The position numbers and the translations under genes are program-made. From NCBI GenBank assembly GCA_030167865.1, contig JALAGF010004357.1:1-60206 (forward strand): 60,206 nt of DNA. Direction: 5' to 3'. Below the pieces are notes generated by a model. The model saw nothing but the letters and a program-made list of their open reading frames with translations, was not told where the DNA came from and made no database searches. Below, one piece after another: positions 12,826 through 24,637 of the stretch. The stretch's first letter is position 1; every line of letters begins with the position of its first letter. Origin of the DNA: Craspedostauros australis (lineage: Eukaryota).

Positions 12826-15800
12826 GTTCGTGCAGCGGCAGATGATTTGTGACAACGAATCAGGATTGTTCGGTTTGTGGTTTATGGCCATTCCAGCACT
12901 GGCGCAAACTTGTGCAAAGCAAACCAAATGACTAGCTCCGCACACGCACAAGTTCTGTTGTTTCCTTCGAGTGATGGGCTTTGCCATCCAGGCAGCGCCG
13001 GATTCCTGCCGAAGTCTGGGCTGAAATGCATGTCGGCGGGGCTCCAGCAGCTGTAAATGTTCGATGTTGGTACCAGCATGTACATGCAAGTATGTACGAG
13101 CATCCTGTGTACGAGCCACATAGTGCTTGATCGGGATGAGCGCGGGCCGGCTGAAAGAGCACAGGTAGCTGCCCGTTTTGGGTGACGGCCGATGACTTTG
13201 CCACGCCCAGCCGCGAATGTCCCAGGCAACCAACCAAAGAGAAATCAGCTCGCCCGTTCTCATCGCGGCGATGTTCCGTCAAGAAAGACAAAACAACATG
13301 CGTCTTGTCTCAAACGCTCCACGTTCTCTGGTCATCGGAGAATCGGCCTGGTGTCGCTTGGTGCGGTCGCGCTAACAGATTGTGCGTGACGTCATTGTCG
13401 CTAAAAACGCATTTTTCAACTCTAGCGCTATACTGCTCTCTGTACTAATAGTAGTAGAGTACGAGCATCTACGAGCTCTACCAATACAGAAAGTATCATA
13501 CCGGCACCACCGTGCGACCATATATAACTCACACCAACCAACCAACGCGGTAGGTATTTGTCCGCAGACTCCGGGGCTGTCCTCGCTACTGGTCCCCCAA
13601 GAGAGAGAGAGATTACGAGCAGACTGGTGGAGTATTTCTTGTTGCGATCTACGCATGTGTTATCCCCCTTCGTTCACAATGCATCTGGACGCTTCGTTGC
13701 GTGCAACATGTTCATCTGTATTCCCGTTTTGCCCGAAGTTGGTGGGGGCAACAACATGTCGAGAACAACCACTTGCAACAAGCGGACATCGTGCCACAAA
13801 TGATCCGGCTGACGCTGTGACGAGTCTGCCATGTACCAGCTAGATATCTGCGGTCTGTGGCTTGTACAGTTCCTTTTTCTCTTCTTGGCGTGAGGCGAAA
13901 CCCACAAGCCATCAACATCTCTTGTTTCGTTAACACAAAGCGCAATTGCCAGGGATACATGAATCTGAATGATGATGTGACAACATTTAAGTTAAGACTT
14001 GTTTTTGCTGTTCTTCTTTCTCTTTGCTTGGTGCGTCGAGGCAGAAGGCTCCACAGAATGAGAAATGTGGGACAGTCGGGGCTCCTTGATACTCCAGCCG
14101 TGAAGTATGGCGCTCTTACCATGCTTCACATTGCTAGAAATGCAAGTGCCGGCCCGCCTTAGGGAAGGTCTTCTGCTAGCGGCATCTCCCACGCGGTGGA
14201 CAGGATTTAGTCATCGCTGCTGGTTGGACGAGTTTCGCGTTCGTCTTCCATCGGTCATTGGTGAGCGCCCAGCTTCAACTTGGCACCTCGTCCCGAAACT
14301 ACAAGGTACGACTATTCGCGAAATGAACTGCTCTGCCTCGGTGAGCACCGTCTTTCGGTGCCATGCACTTGCACAGCGAACTGTGGACTACGAGACGGTA
14401 TTCTTCTCGCGATGTCCCTCTTGTGTGGATATCCCAAGTCCATCGCATTCCAAAACAAGACAAATCCATGGCGAAAAGGTGTCGTGTTGGATTTGACGTG
14501 GACATGGTGCTGTTTTACAGAGGACCTGCAATTCGATACGATTAGAAGTAGAAGTACTCTACAGGTCTCTACGTAGGTCGTAGAGATAGGAAGTCCATAG
14601 CGTGCAGAGACCATGAGGAGACAGGATGTTGGAAAGGTCCATTCGGGTCCTGAAGTGGACATTCCGCTGTCCCCCGGTGGCGGCTGCGTGCACACACGCA
14701 CTCGTATACACCAGCGCGATACAATACGATCTACGCGTCGTGCGTTGAGTGCTCGTTGACAAGAGCGATACTTGGACGGCGCAGACCTTCATCAAGTCAC
14801 CGAAGATATGAAGCTGTTTGAAGTATGAAATTATATTTGCAAGTGAGAGATCGAGCGGAGACAGTCTGCGCCCAGAGGCGTCTTGGCACTTTCTTGTTTC
14901 CGCAGTGCCGAAAGCTTGATTTGGTTGATAGTCATGTAGCTTTCTCTCTCTCTAGAAAGAGAGAGAGACAGACAGTGCAAGCGATGATCACCATTAAGGT
15001 CCCGTGGCGCGCAGGTATTGGCACAGGACCGGTCCCACACGCCTCTGCAATTTCCATGCTTCCCGCGTGTGGTGGCTTGCACGAGTACCTGTGCGCATGA
15101 TGCTTACGAGCAAGGTGACAAGGGGCAGAAGCAAACAGAGTTCGCCTCCACAAACCGGAACAACAATTCGCGCGTTGTCCCACATGGGCCCTTCGCAGCT
15201 GCCACTGACGCAAGTCCTCTGCCTGTATCCATGCTGATCCGTAGCTCCTCCACTCGACTCTTGGTCGGGAATGTGTACGTCCTGCTCCGCGCGAGCAGGT
15301 CCATGATTTGGAGAGCGGCCATAGAGGCAGGAGGATGCGTCTTTTCATTCCTTGTGGGTACCACTGCGCCACGCATCACGTGGAATGTCATGTGATTCAT
15401 CAGGGTGGAAAAAGGAGTAAAGATGCACGGCATACGTCGGCATCATTGTGCTGATAGTACAATACTTCCATTGGAATACCCGCAGAATGGTCGTACTTTA
15501 TATCTAGGCCGCGGTTACGCGAGTCTGTAGGTATCCGAGTGGCGGCTGCCTGTGCACGCACTGCGGAGCTTCGACGCCCTTTCACCAGCGTAATTGTTGC
15601 GATCGTGAACGTACCCTTTGAGCATATCCTCATGCAATATACATGCTCCATTACACGTGCGCGTATATGTGCAAAATGCGAATAAAGAGCACGAGCCAAG
15701 AGGCGGAGCGGGCCCCAGAAGCAGAGGAACGACGGGGCAGTCCAGTGCCGTCAAGGTTGTCTCCATATCACGAGTACCCTGCGGAGTATTAGTACATATC

Positions 15801-17304
15801 GCAGCAGCGTATATATGGTGTAATTGCTCCTAAGGCGCCAGCGACGCATCACCTGTGCGAAATGCGTGTTTCGCTCATGCTAACCATGACTCTGTGCAAG
15901 GATGGGGATGATCGATCCGCCCCCACAAAGCTCACGCTGGTCCACAAGTCTACGCGCTGGCCTTGAAGTGTTCGTAATAGAGCAAGGGTAAAGTTGTAAC
16001 TGGAGATGACGATTCTCCTTCTGTGTGCTTTCAGGTGCCACCGCATCATCTGTCGAACAAGATTCCCACACTCAGGGAGTATATTCGCCGACAGCGGTAC
16101 TCGCGGGGCGGAAGCGTCGAAGGACTGGAACCGTAGAACAGGCCGCAAAGGGCTTGGCGCTCCGCATGAGAAGTCGGTATCAGCGACAGAGCGACCGCGA
16201 CGCATCGAAGCGTGGCGTGGCAAGAGGCTTCTCTGGCGCAGGCGCGCAGTCTCCGTTCTTCTTTGGTGGCGTAACCTGGTCACGTCGCAGTCCAGAAAGA
16301 TGGCAGAGACTTCTCCAACACTTGCCGTCTCATCATCCGGGATCGTAACGGCGCCGACCCTTTCGCCAATCAGACTCTGTTAGTCTTGGAAATAGGATCA
16401 CACTTCGCTCCATGATCTCTGACTTCTGGACCCTCTTCGGTGACGCTTCACCCTTTTTGATCGGGATGGCCGGACCCAGCATCTCAGTGGTCCCCAATAA
16501 GCCAGGCACCGGCGAAGTCGGACATTCTGATCGTCCCAGATCATTGTGCTGCGAATGTCGACAAGTTATCTGACGGTAACACGTGGCGATTGGGGCGACT
16601 GGGGCGTCTGCGGCAGCAGAGAACGGAGGTCCGAGGTCTCCAGTGTTCTCACGTCAGGGGTGGATTGTTTGTGGTTCCGTCCGCATGTCTGGTGTCTTGC
16701 GTGTTGGCTGATCGTCACTTGTGTGTCCGAAACATCACACATCAACAATGACATTTTCTCGAAGTGTGTTGTGGTCGATTGAATCCTTGATCTTTGATTT
16801 TGGTCCTCTGAGTCGTACACATGACTCGTTGGTGATCCAAGACTCGAGACACAAACTCGAACACGAAACAACACAAACACAGCAGAAGATCTCGCTCGTC
16901 GCTCGTCGCTCGTGCCTCTGCCCTGTCTCCATCACTCTGCTGCATTGTGCGGGCACTTCGCAGACAACATCCAAACTCATCCCCCTCCAAGGATCAGGTT
17001 GACCCCGAGGCCGTGCAGATACTCCCAAATTGTCGACGTTCTATTGGTGCTGTTTGGAACCAACCCATAGACTCATCCAAGTGCTCCGAAGTGGCAGTCG
17101 TCGGGGTGCTGAATTCGAGAAGAATACTCTACGAACACGTACTCTGAGCCCCATTCTGCGACTCCGTCTTGTTGGACAGAGTTGCCAATCAACGGAAGCG
17201 ATCCTTCAAAAGCAGACAAAGGCGCAACCCAGCAGCAGCGAAGTGACGAAGAACGAGACCACTCTCCTCTTTTCTACGTGTATCACGGCACTGTGTTGAG
17301 CAAC

Positions 17305-17607
17305 ATGTTCACGAAATGGATGAAAGCAAGGCGGTCGATGTACCGGGCATCGTACAGGAGGGTTGCTCTGACGGACGATGATGCCGAAGAGGAGGCCTTC
17401 CTGGACGAAATCACGGGAGGTTTGGCAATTCACAGACCGTCCCGTCACAGCAGAAGAACAAGAACGAAAGAGGCGTCCAATGCATGCTGTTACGCACTTG
17501 TGGCGCTGGCTGTGGTAGCAGTGGCACTGTTCGTCATGTCGAAGAAGTTGCATTGGTTCGAAGAGTCAGATTCACAGAATCGGATGCTGCGGTCCCTGTC
17601 AATATAG
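17305..17607 (+). CDS. Small single-pass membrane protein (about 100 aa), unknown function
   Basis: caacATG context. Basic then acidic N-terminus (YRRVALTDDDAEEEAFL), hydrophobic segment CCYALVALAVVAVALFVM, ending NRMLRSLSI. Confidence 0.5.
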   Translation: MFTKWMKARRSMYRASYRRVALTDDDAEEEAFLDEITGGLAIHRPSRHSRRTRTKEASNACCYALVALAVVAVALFVMSKKLHWFEESDSQNRMLRSLSI

Positions 17608-18275
17608 CAGCATTGCGCACTTGTGCGGGTACGAGCAACATGATCATTCGAGAGATGGCGAATGTGGATTCAGAGCAGCCTAGAATCCAGTGATGGAAGT
17701 TGACCCATGTCATGAGACGACTATATTCCATGGACAAGAGAGGGGCAATAAGGTTGGCAATAGAAGCAGAAGAGGATTGGTGCGTGGGATAGGATGGGAT
17801 GGCATCTGCGAACGTCGTTTTGCTCGTCGGTCGGTTGGTTGGTTGGTTAGTTAGTTCCGCGGTCTATTGCAATTGAGGTGATACTGTTGCAGTCCCCTAG
17901 TTCGGATGGTCTACGTTGATATTGATGGACATCACGGCGCAGGTCTGGCACTACCTCTTCGAGAGACTTGGCTTTGCGGGGCACGAACGAATCAGCTGAT
18001 GCACCTTGGAGAAGACCAATCCAAGACGCAAGCCACGCGGCGAGCCCATTGAATCCACTGCATGACGCACATTGCCCAACAATTCCGACAACTTGTGCCA
18101 AACAACGCTTCAACCAACCGCAGGCATCAGACTCTGCCTCACCTCTTCCTGGCACAAAAGCGGATGAAGTTCTATTAAATCATGAAATATTTTTCAAAAG
18201 CAACACAGTTGAATGGGGTGTGCCTGTCATATTCCTACCATATGCAAGTTCTACCAGATGAGACCATGCTCGACT

Positions 18276-21200
18276 CTAATAGTAATCGTGCTCATCCTTC
18301 TTCTTGCGCCGTCGCATTCCGAACAAACCAGTCTTCTTGACAGTACCCTTGACAGCGCCTTTCGTTGCTCTCGCGGCGCCTGCCACAGCACCGGCAGAGA
18401 CTCTCGTCGCGCCCTTGACAGTCTTTGAAGTGATCTTCGCCGCGCCCTTCACCGTGCCTGTCGTGACCTTTGTGGCGCCCTTGACTGTGTTGGTGGACAA
18501 ACGCGTCACACCCTTGACAGTACCCACGCTGGCACCCACAACGACGCCGGCACCGCCGACGACCACGCCAGCACCTGCTTTGACACCCATCCTCGCGTGC
18601 TGGGCGATCTTCTTCATTCCCTTCTTCTTTTTCTTCTTCTCGCGTCGGTTCGTCGTGGGATCGTACCAGTACGAATTGGTCGAGCTGTCACTGTAGTGCG
18701 ATTCGGAATCATAATCCGCGTCTCGAGCGTCGTTGCGGGGCGGCGGCGATGCGTACACTCTGGCGTACTCTGGTTCCGGCGGCCAGTCGTAGAATCGATT
18801 GTACTTGAGCTGCGAGTACGGCACCACGACCTGCTTCACCAGCGTGGGATCGATGCGCTTGAAGAAGAGCAACCGATTGCCGGGCGCTTCGCTGGAAAAG
18901 TACGGCATCTCCTCCTGCTTCAGCTCTTTCTTGGGCTTCTTGCGTTTCACGATCTTGTCAAAGTCCGGCGGTTTGTATCCCGGCGTGCGTTCTCGGATGA
19001 GACGGAAGATCCAATTCTGCGGTCCCACCATGAAAACGCCCATGACGCCAAAGATGGCGCGGTAAGGCGCGAAATGCATGATGAGGATAAAGATGGGTGC
19101 CAGGAAGGCGATCCAGAAAGATAGCACGGGGTCCTGCCATGTGAAGATGTTGAATGTCGCGCGTGTGAGACACAGGAATTCCTGTGCGATCTCCACGATG
19201 GGTTGCACGATGACGGCCACGCGATTGATCCATGGATTGGGGTGGGAGTATTTGTATATCTGCAGCATCTTGTCGTATTCATCCTTCTTGGCATCGAACG
19301 GGGTCATGTTCTTGCGGTCCTTCTTTTTCTTCTTTTCGTTCTTGTGGTTGCCCGAAAACAGACGACCGCGGCGATTGTTGGTCTTGGCTTTGTTGTTGGG
19401 GTCAGCCTCGTCCTCCTGCAATGTGGTTGGGAAGATGCGGTCATCGATCTTGTAGACGCGATCATTGAAAAGATGCAGCAACATGCCGTGGATTTTGTGA
19501 CGCGTATCCTGCAGGGACTTGTGGAAGGGCTTGTCACCACCACCGCCTTTGACGGCCAGATCCTGTTGCGGTGGCTTTTTGAGGATCTTCTCCTCGATGA
19601 TGACACCTTTCTTGCGTCCCTTCGTTTCCTTGATATCGTGAACGTCTTCGTCACTATCGTTGGCGTACTTATCGTGCACGTGCGCGTTGCGCTGCTCCTC
19701 CAGAAGCTCGTCCAAAGTCGGCGTGGTGCTGTTCTTGGCCAGAACGTCGAGGATTTCGTCGGGATCGCCGACCATTTGCGTTTTGGTGAAGAAATTGGAG
19801 CCGCTGGCCCGCTTGCTGCCCTCCGCGACGCGCGAGATTGCACCGCCGGCGACGTTGGCGGCCTTCTCTCCGATGCGTTCCACCGCGTTCATGCTGCCGA
19901 TGACGCTGCGCCGGAAGGTCTGTCCCGGTTGTCGCTGATGCTCGATCATCTCTTGGTCGTCGTCCGCGATGGAATGATTCATCATCGTCGGCGCCACGCC
20001 GAACTGCGCGCAGTCCGTGATATCCTGCTCCAATTCCTGTTGCTTGATTATGCGCCGAGCCTCCGCCGATCGGATCACCAGCGATTGCTTGACGGTGAAT
20101 CGGGGATGATCCACGCCCGTGCTGAATGGAAATTCCATGTGCTCGCGTGCTTCCTGGAAGTTGTCTGTACTGGGGGCGATGCCGAGCAGCTGCAGAACGC
20201 GCTTATCTTTGGGCTGATGCCCGCGGATGAGGTACTTTTTGGTGTCATACTCCAGGAAATGGTAAAAGAAACTCGCGTCTTCGAAATCATGCTTACGCGC
20301 GACGTGCTCAAAGAGCTTGGTCTCGTTGGCCAGCTTGCGTCCCAATGCGACGGCCTCGTCACGGGAATATGCAAATCCAAAGTTGATGAGGAAGTCGACG
20401 GCCTCGGACCCCAAGAAGCAATTTTTGTAGGTGCGCAGACGATAGGTGTGATTTTGGAGGCGCAGTGATTTGCGCAGGGATTCTGCGATTTCATGCAGCG
20501 ACACCTTGGTGCCCTCGTTGGCCTCGTTGTAGTCGTCGTGCGCCTCCATGTGCTCCAGCGGGTTGACGGCGTTGCTTTCGTCCATCTCCATGGTGAGGGG
20601 ACGCAGGAATCGTCTGCGGCGCGTGCCCTGGATGACGGCATGCCACATCTCCTCGAAGGTGGGTGATTGGAATCCGTTCATGATGGGCGAATCCATGGCG
20701 TAGAATGCGTAGTTCTTCCATAGATGCAGGAGGAGGAAGGTGCAGAAATGTCCCGGCACGTAGGCGACCGTGTTGGCGTAGACGCAGTGCATCCAGGCGC
20801 AGAAGACGAAGGCTGAGATGAAGGGATACTGCCAGTGGACGAGGTAATGCATCTCCCGCTTGCGCATGTAGCGCAGGATGTGGATGCGCGTGAAGTTGAT
20901 CTCTCGGATGGTGGCCTTGAGCAGCGTCATGCTGAACTTTCCCGGCATGTGCGTGCCGTGCACCACCTGCGAGACGTTGCGGAAGGATCGATCATCGAGG
21001 CAGTTGACCGTGACACCCTCGTTTGGCTTGAACCGGACCTTCTGCTTTGGGATGTAGGACATGACGGCCGCGCGCTCGGATTGCCAGATGAGATGAAATC
21101 TAACGCGGATGGAACCGCGCTGCTCTCTGGAGAAGACGTGCGCCGATCGTCGCAGCGGAAGGGTGATGTCGTAGGTGCAGCCAGGTCGCAGGCGCGCGAC

Positions 21201-22253
21201 GTCGATGACGATGCGTCCCGCAAAATCATTCATGCTGCCTTCGAGTGAATTGTCAAAGACGCCGACGAATAACCTGGCGTAGGCATGGTGGACAGGCAGC
21301 AGACAGGCGCGCCGCATTTTGCATAACCACATGGGGTTGGCGACGGGCGGCATGACGTCTGTTTTGAAGGCGTGCGAACCGCACACAGCGATGCAGTAGG
21401 CCTGCGTTTCCCGAATGAGGGAGGTTGTGGGGATTCCGAAGCATTGCAAAATTTCTAGGCGTATCTGTCCGATCTCCTGTCCCCTTGTGGAGTTCAACCT
21501 GAGATCGTGGAAGTATGCCGATTTCTTGTTCATCTCCATGCGCAGCTCCTCCCTGTTGAATAAGGTGTTTGGGTAGGCGTCGTCGGGCATGACCTTGAAT
21601 TTCTCATCGCGCGGGTTGGCGCCCTTCTTCTGCGCGAGCTTTTCAATGTCCGAGACGGCCGCCAGAGTCTGCGAGTAGACGCGAGATGTGAGAGAGGAGC
21701 GCCTGCGGCTGTTTGACTTTTTGGATTTGGCCTTGGTTGGGGATCGCGGATTAGGTTCGGAACTGACGCTGCTGCCGGATGATTTGTTCTTCTTGCCTTT
21801 GCGGCCTTTCCTGCCCTTGCCGTACCTTCTGGTGCTGTCGCCATCATCGTATCCACCATGGTAGCCATCATCATCATCGTCGTCGTCGTCGTGATGATGA
21901 TGATCCGCGCTGTCGTAGCCGTGGCGCTCGTCGTGCCGATCCACGGAGGCCGCGTCGATCGTGTCGGGAGTCGGCGAATGGCGGCCTTGGTTGTGCGCGG
22001 AGTCCGCCGTGCGATTGCCTCGGCCGCTGGTGTTGCCATTTCCAAAGCGCTCCGCCAGCTTGCCCACGAATCCCGTGCGCTGGCCGAAGGAGCGATGGGA
22101 GGATGCGTTCGATAGCTGCGACATGTTGTCCCACTGCTCCTGGCGTTCGTGGTTGTTCTGCGAGACGGGGGGTCCTTTGCGATGGGAGGTTCCGTTTGTG
22201 TGGCCGTTCGTGTGGCCGTTCGATCTCATGTTATGATGTTCGCCTCGTTGCAT
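18276..22253 (-). CDS. C2 + DEP domain multi-pass membrane protein (MCTP-like C-terminal region)
   Basis: C2: IGQIRLEILQCFG...FKTDVMPPVANPMW...LFVGVFD...FAGRIVID. DEP: HTYRLRTYKNCFLGSEAVDFL...SRDEAVALGRKL...FEHVARKHDFED...FYHF. MCTP-like NIFTWQDPVLSFW followed by TM helices. First ATG 22253; the 22547 start is GTG. Confidence 0.8.
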   Translation of the reverse strand: MQRGEHHNMRSNGHTNGHTNGTSHRKGPPVSQNNHERQEQWDNMSQLSNASSHRSFGQRTGFVGKLAERFGNGNTSGRGNRTADSAHNQGRHSPTPDTIDAASVDRHDERHGYDSADHHHHDDDDDDDDGYHGGYDDGDSTRRYGKGRKGRKGKKNKSSGSSVSSEPNPRSPTKAKSKKSNSRRRSSLTSRVYSQTLAAVSDIEKLAQKKGANPRDEKFKVMPDDAYPNTLFNREELRMEMNKKSAYFHDLRLNSTRGQEIGQIRLEILQCFGIPTTSLIRETQAYCIAVCGSHAFKTDVMPPVANPMWLCKMRRACLLPVHHAYARLFVGVFDNSLEGSMNDFAGRIVIDVARLRPGCTYDITLPLRRSAHVFSREQRGSIRVRFHLIWQSERAAVMSYIPKQKVRFKPNEGVTVNCLDDRSFRNVSQVVHGTHMPGKFSMTLLKATIREINFTRIHILRYMRKREMHYLVHWQYPFISAFVFCAWMHCVYANTVAYVPGHFCTFLLLHLWKNYAFYAMDSPIMNGFQSPTFEEMWHAVIQGTRRRRFLRPLTMEMDESNAVNPLEHMEAHDDYNEANEGTKVSLHEIAESLRKSLRLQNHTYRLRTYKNCFLGSEAVDFLINFGFAYSRDEAVALGRKLANETKLFEHVARKHDFEDASFFYHFLEYDTKKYLIRGHQPKDKRVLQLLGIAPSTDNFQEAREHMEFPFSTGVDHPRFTVKQSLVIRSAEARRIIKQQELEQDITDCAQFGVAPTMMNHSIADDDQEMIEHQRQPGQTFRRSVIGSMNAVERIGEKAANVAGGAISRVAEGSKRASGSNFFTKTQMVGDPDEILDVLAKNSTTPTLDELLEEQRNAHVHDKYANDSDEDVHDIKETKGRKKGVIIEEKILKKPPQQDLAVKGGGGDKPFHKSLQDTRHKIHGMLLHLFNDRVYKIDDRIFPTTLQEDEADPNNKAKTNNRRGRLFSGNHKNEKKKKKDRKNMTPFDAKKDEYDKMLQIYKYSHPNPWINRVAVIVQPIVEIAQEFLCLTRATFNIFTWQDPVLSFWIAFLAPIFILIMHFAPYRAIFGVMGVFMVGPQNWIFRLIRERTPGYKPPDFDKIVKRKKPKKELKQEEMPYFSSEAPGNRLLFFKRIDPTLVKQVVVPYSQLKYNRFYDWPPEPEYARVYASPPPRNDARDADYDSESHYSDSSTNSYWYDPTTNRREKKKKKKGMKKIAQHARMGVKAGAGVVVGGAGVVVGASVGTVKGVTRLSTNTVKGATKVTTGTVKGAAKITSKTVKGATRVSAGAVAGAARATKGAVKGTVKKTGLFGMRRRKKKDEHDYY

Positions 22254-23438
22254 GTCCGCAGTCGCAGTAGTTGGTTGGCTGATTGGTGTTCCTGGCTGAT
22301 TGGTGTTTGGTGGTGGAAGTAAAGGCAGTTGTGTCTGCGTCGACCTCTGCGATTGCGTTCTCCGAAGGGATTCCCGCTTCCGAGTTTGCGTTTCTGTGTT
22401 CGCAGTTGTGGAGATGGCGAAGTTCTGCGCTTGGTTGCGATCAAATCGGACGGACTGCCTTTCTTGCTGTCGATGCTGCTGCTCTCTGCAAGACACAGAA
22501 GCCAAGGAAGGCACGGATGATGTCCGGCGAGAGAGGCGAAGGAACACCTCCCTCCGACGCTCCTCTCAACGGCCTGATGCTTCTTGCTCTCCTTCGCCTC
22601 TCACTTGATGCGGTGTCTTGTGTGTCTACCTCCTATTTGTACTTGTACGATCTATTATATTGTATAACACGTGTACTTGCTAGATTGTCGTCTACTCTGC
22701 TACTCTCTGCACCGCTCTTGCCTTTTATTGCTTATCGTTGCCTCCTCGTATCGTATTCTATGATTGTTGCTTTTGGTTGGTTGATTGATTGACTGGTCAA
22801 CTGACTGACTCTTTGATGTCTCTCTGTGTCTCTTGGTTGGTCTTTTTTGCGTTCGCACCGTGTCGAGTGATGTAATCACAACCGCAACCGCGAATCAGCC
22901 ACGAAACACACCAGACAAGAAAACAGAAACAGGAGCGTCTTGGAGCGGAGAACTCAACGAATGCACGACGGGCACCATGATGTTGTATGGTAGTCATGTG
23001 GTGAACAGCACGAACACACACAAAGCGAAGCTGGAGAAACCAAATTTCTCGCGTAACGGCGCCATCGTGAATGACCGTTGCTCCTGATCCACGTGTGTTG
23101 TGTTGCGATTTCAACTCCGATTCTTCTTCGTGTTTGATTGCAGATTCGATCGAGTCATCAATTAACGGTCGGATTTTCTTTCCGAGCGTTCCCTTGCATT
23201 CCATCGAGTCCACTCGCTCGCCCACTACAGAGATGTGAGAGGTACTAACAACCAAATCTTGCACATCTTCTCATCATGTGGCGGCGCTGATGGAATGTTG
23301 CGATCCGAGCACTCTATTCTGTTCCACTCGCTTTCTATCGTAGTATATGATATGTGCATGTGTATGGATGTGTATGCATAGTACATGTAGCAATGTATTT
23401 GGTGGTGCTCTGCTGCGACAGTTGATTCAATCGGTCCT

Positions 23439-24236
23439 TCAAAAGCCAAAATTGCGCGCGCCAAGCATCTCCATTATCCGCTTTGTCTCCTCCTCGGGGA
23501 TGCAAATGTAGGCGGATGTCCATTCCCAATCGATTTCTCTCATTCTTCGGCCATTCAGTCCATCATTCCACTTCACGCTGTTGCTCTTGCCCATCGTTGC
23601 CGTCTGTTCTATTTCAAACCATCGCCATTGATTCCGTCTCCGTCTTTCCTGTTCATCAAACCACGAAGTGAACAAGATCTCTCGACCTCCCTTGCCATGT
23701 GACAGAACTTCTTCCAATCCCTCGTCGATCACGTACGCCGAGCTGCCCATTCGCAGATGATCATCGCCCCATCGCAATTCAGACTGCTCGCCATCGTTGA
23801 AACTGCCGTCGGGATAAAACACAGCACGGTCGCGAGGCCAAACGTACGACCATCGCGTCCCCAGCGGCCACACCGACACGATCGGTCCCCATTCGCCAGC
23901 TTCCTGCCGATCCGACGTCGCGATGTGCCCCGTGGACGGCAGTGCCAGGCATCGCTTCTCCAAATCCTTCTGCAATCCTTCAAAGTACCGCAATGCGCCA
24001 TCGTCGTCGTATGTGCCAGGCACCAGCAAATCCGGTTCGGGATGATCCACGTATGGTCCATTGCCTCGCGTCGCATCGCCACCACGATACAAGCACCGCC
24101 CCGTACGTCGCACGGCTCTGCGCAACTCCAGCGGTGTGCTCGTGCAGATGACGTCGGCCCAATGCGGAAGCGCGTCATCCGCAGCGATCCATGCGGTGGA
24201 CAGCAGCACGGCGCGGCGGGAGATGTGCGGCAGCAT
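23439..24236 (-). CDS. Hypothetical protein with possible ADP-ribosyltransferase-like fold
   Basis: 266-codon ORF from ATG 24236. Motifs in order: CLYRG, HIATSDRQEAGEWG, VSVWPLG..WSYVW, REILF. N-terminus SRRAVLL. Confidence 0.55.
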   Translation of the reverse strand: MLPHISRRAVLLSTAWIAADDALPHWADVICTSTPLELRRAVRRTGRCLYRGGDATRGNGPYVDHPEPDLLVPGTYDDDGALRYFEGLQKDLEKRCLALPSTGHIATSDRQEAGEWGPIVSVWPLGTRWSYVWPRDRAVFYPDGSFNDGEQSELRWGDDHLRMGSSAYVIDEGLEEVLSHGKGGREILFTSWFDEQERRRRNQWRWFEIEQTATMGKSNSVKWNDGLNGRRMREIDWEWTSAYICIPEEETKRIMEMLGARNFGF

Positions 24237-24637
24237 GCGTTGGTCTTGAATGGAGTAGAGCAGGTGGATTGAGTGAATGGATGGCTGTGCTGGGAGGCGT
24301 TTGTCGGAGTTGTGATCGGAAGTGGATTGATGTGACGAGGATTTCTTGTCTGCGGAACAAATCGACAACGCAGTTGTGAGCCTGTTCTTGTCCGCGGCCT
24401 GTGTCGTTGCGTTTGTGTCCAAGTTTGTGGTTGTCGTGGATGGGTGAGTGGTCTGTGGAGTCAAACGGCGTTGAGGAATCGTGGATACGACTACTCGCGG
24501 ACCGCAACACACAAAACACCCCCTCCACACCTCCCCAACACAGACCATCGTCTCGGTGAGGGAATGGAGATCAAGACAGCCAGACCACCATTGGAAAGAT
24601 CACAGCGATGTACTGATGCACGTACAAGAACAACAGG

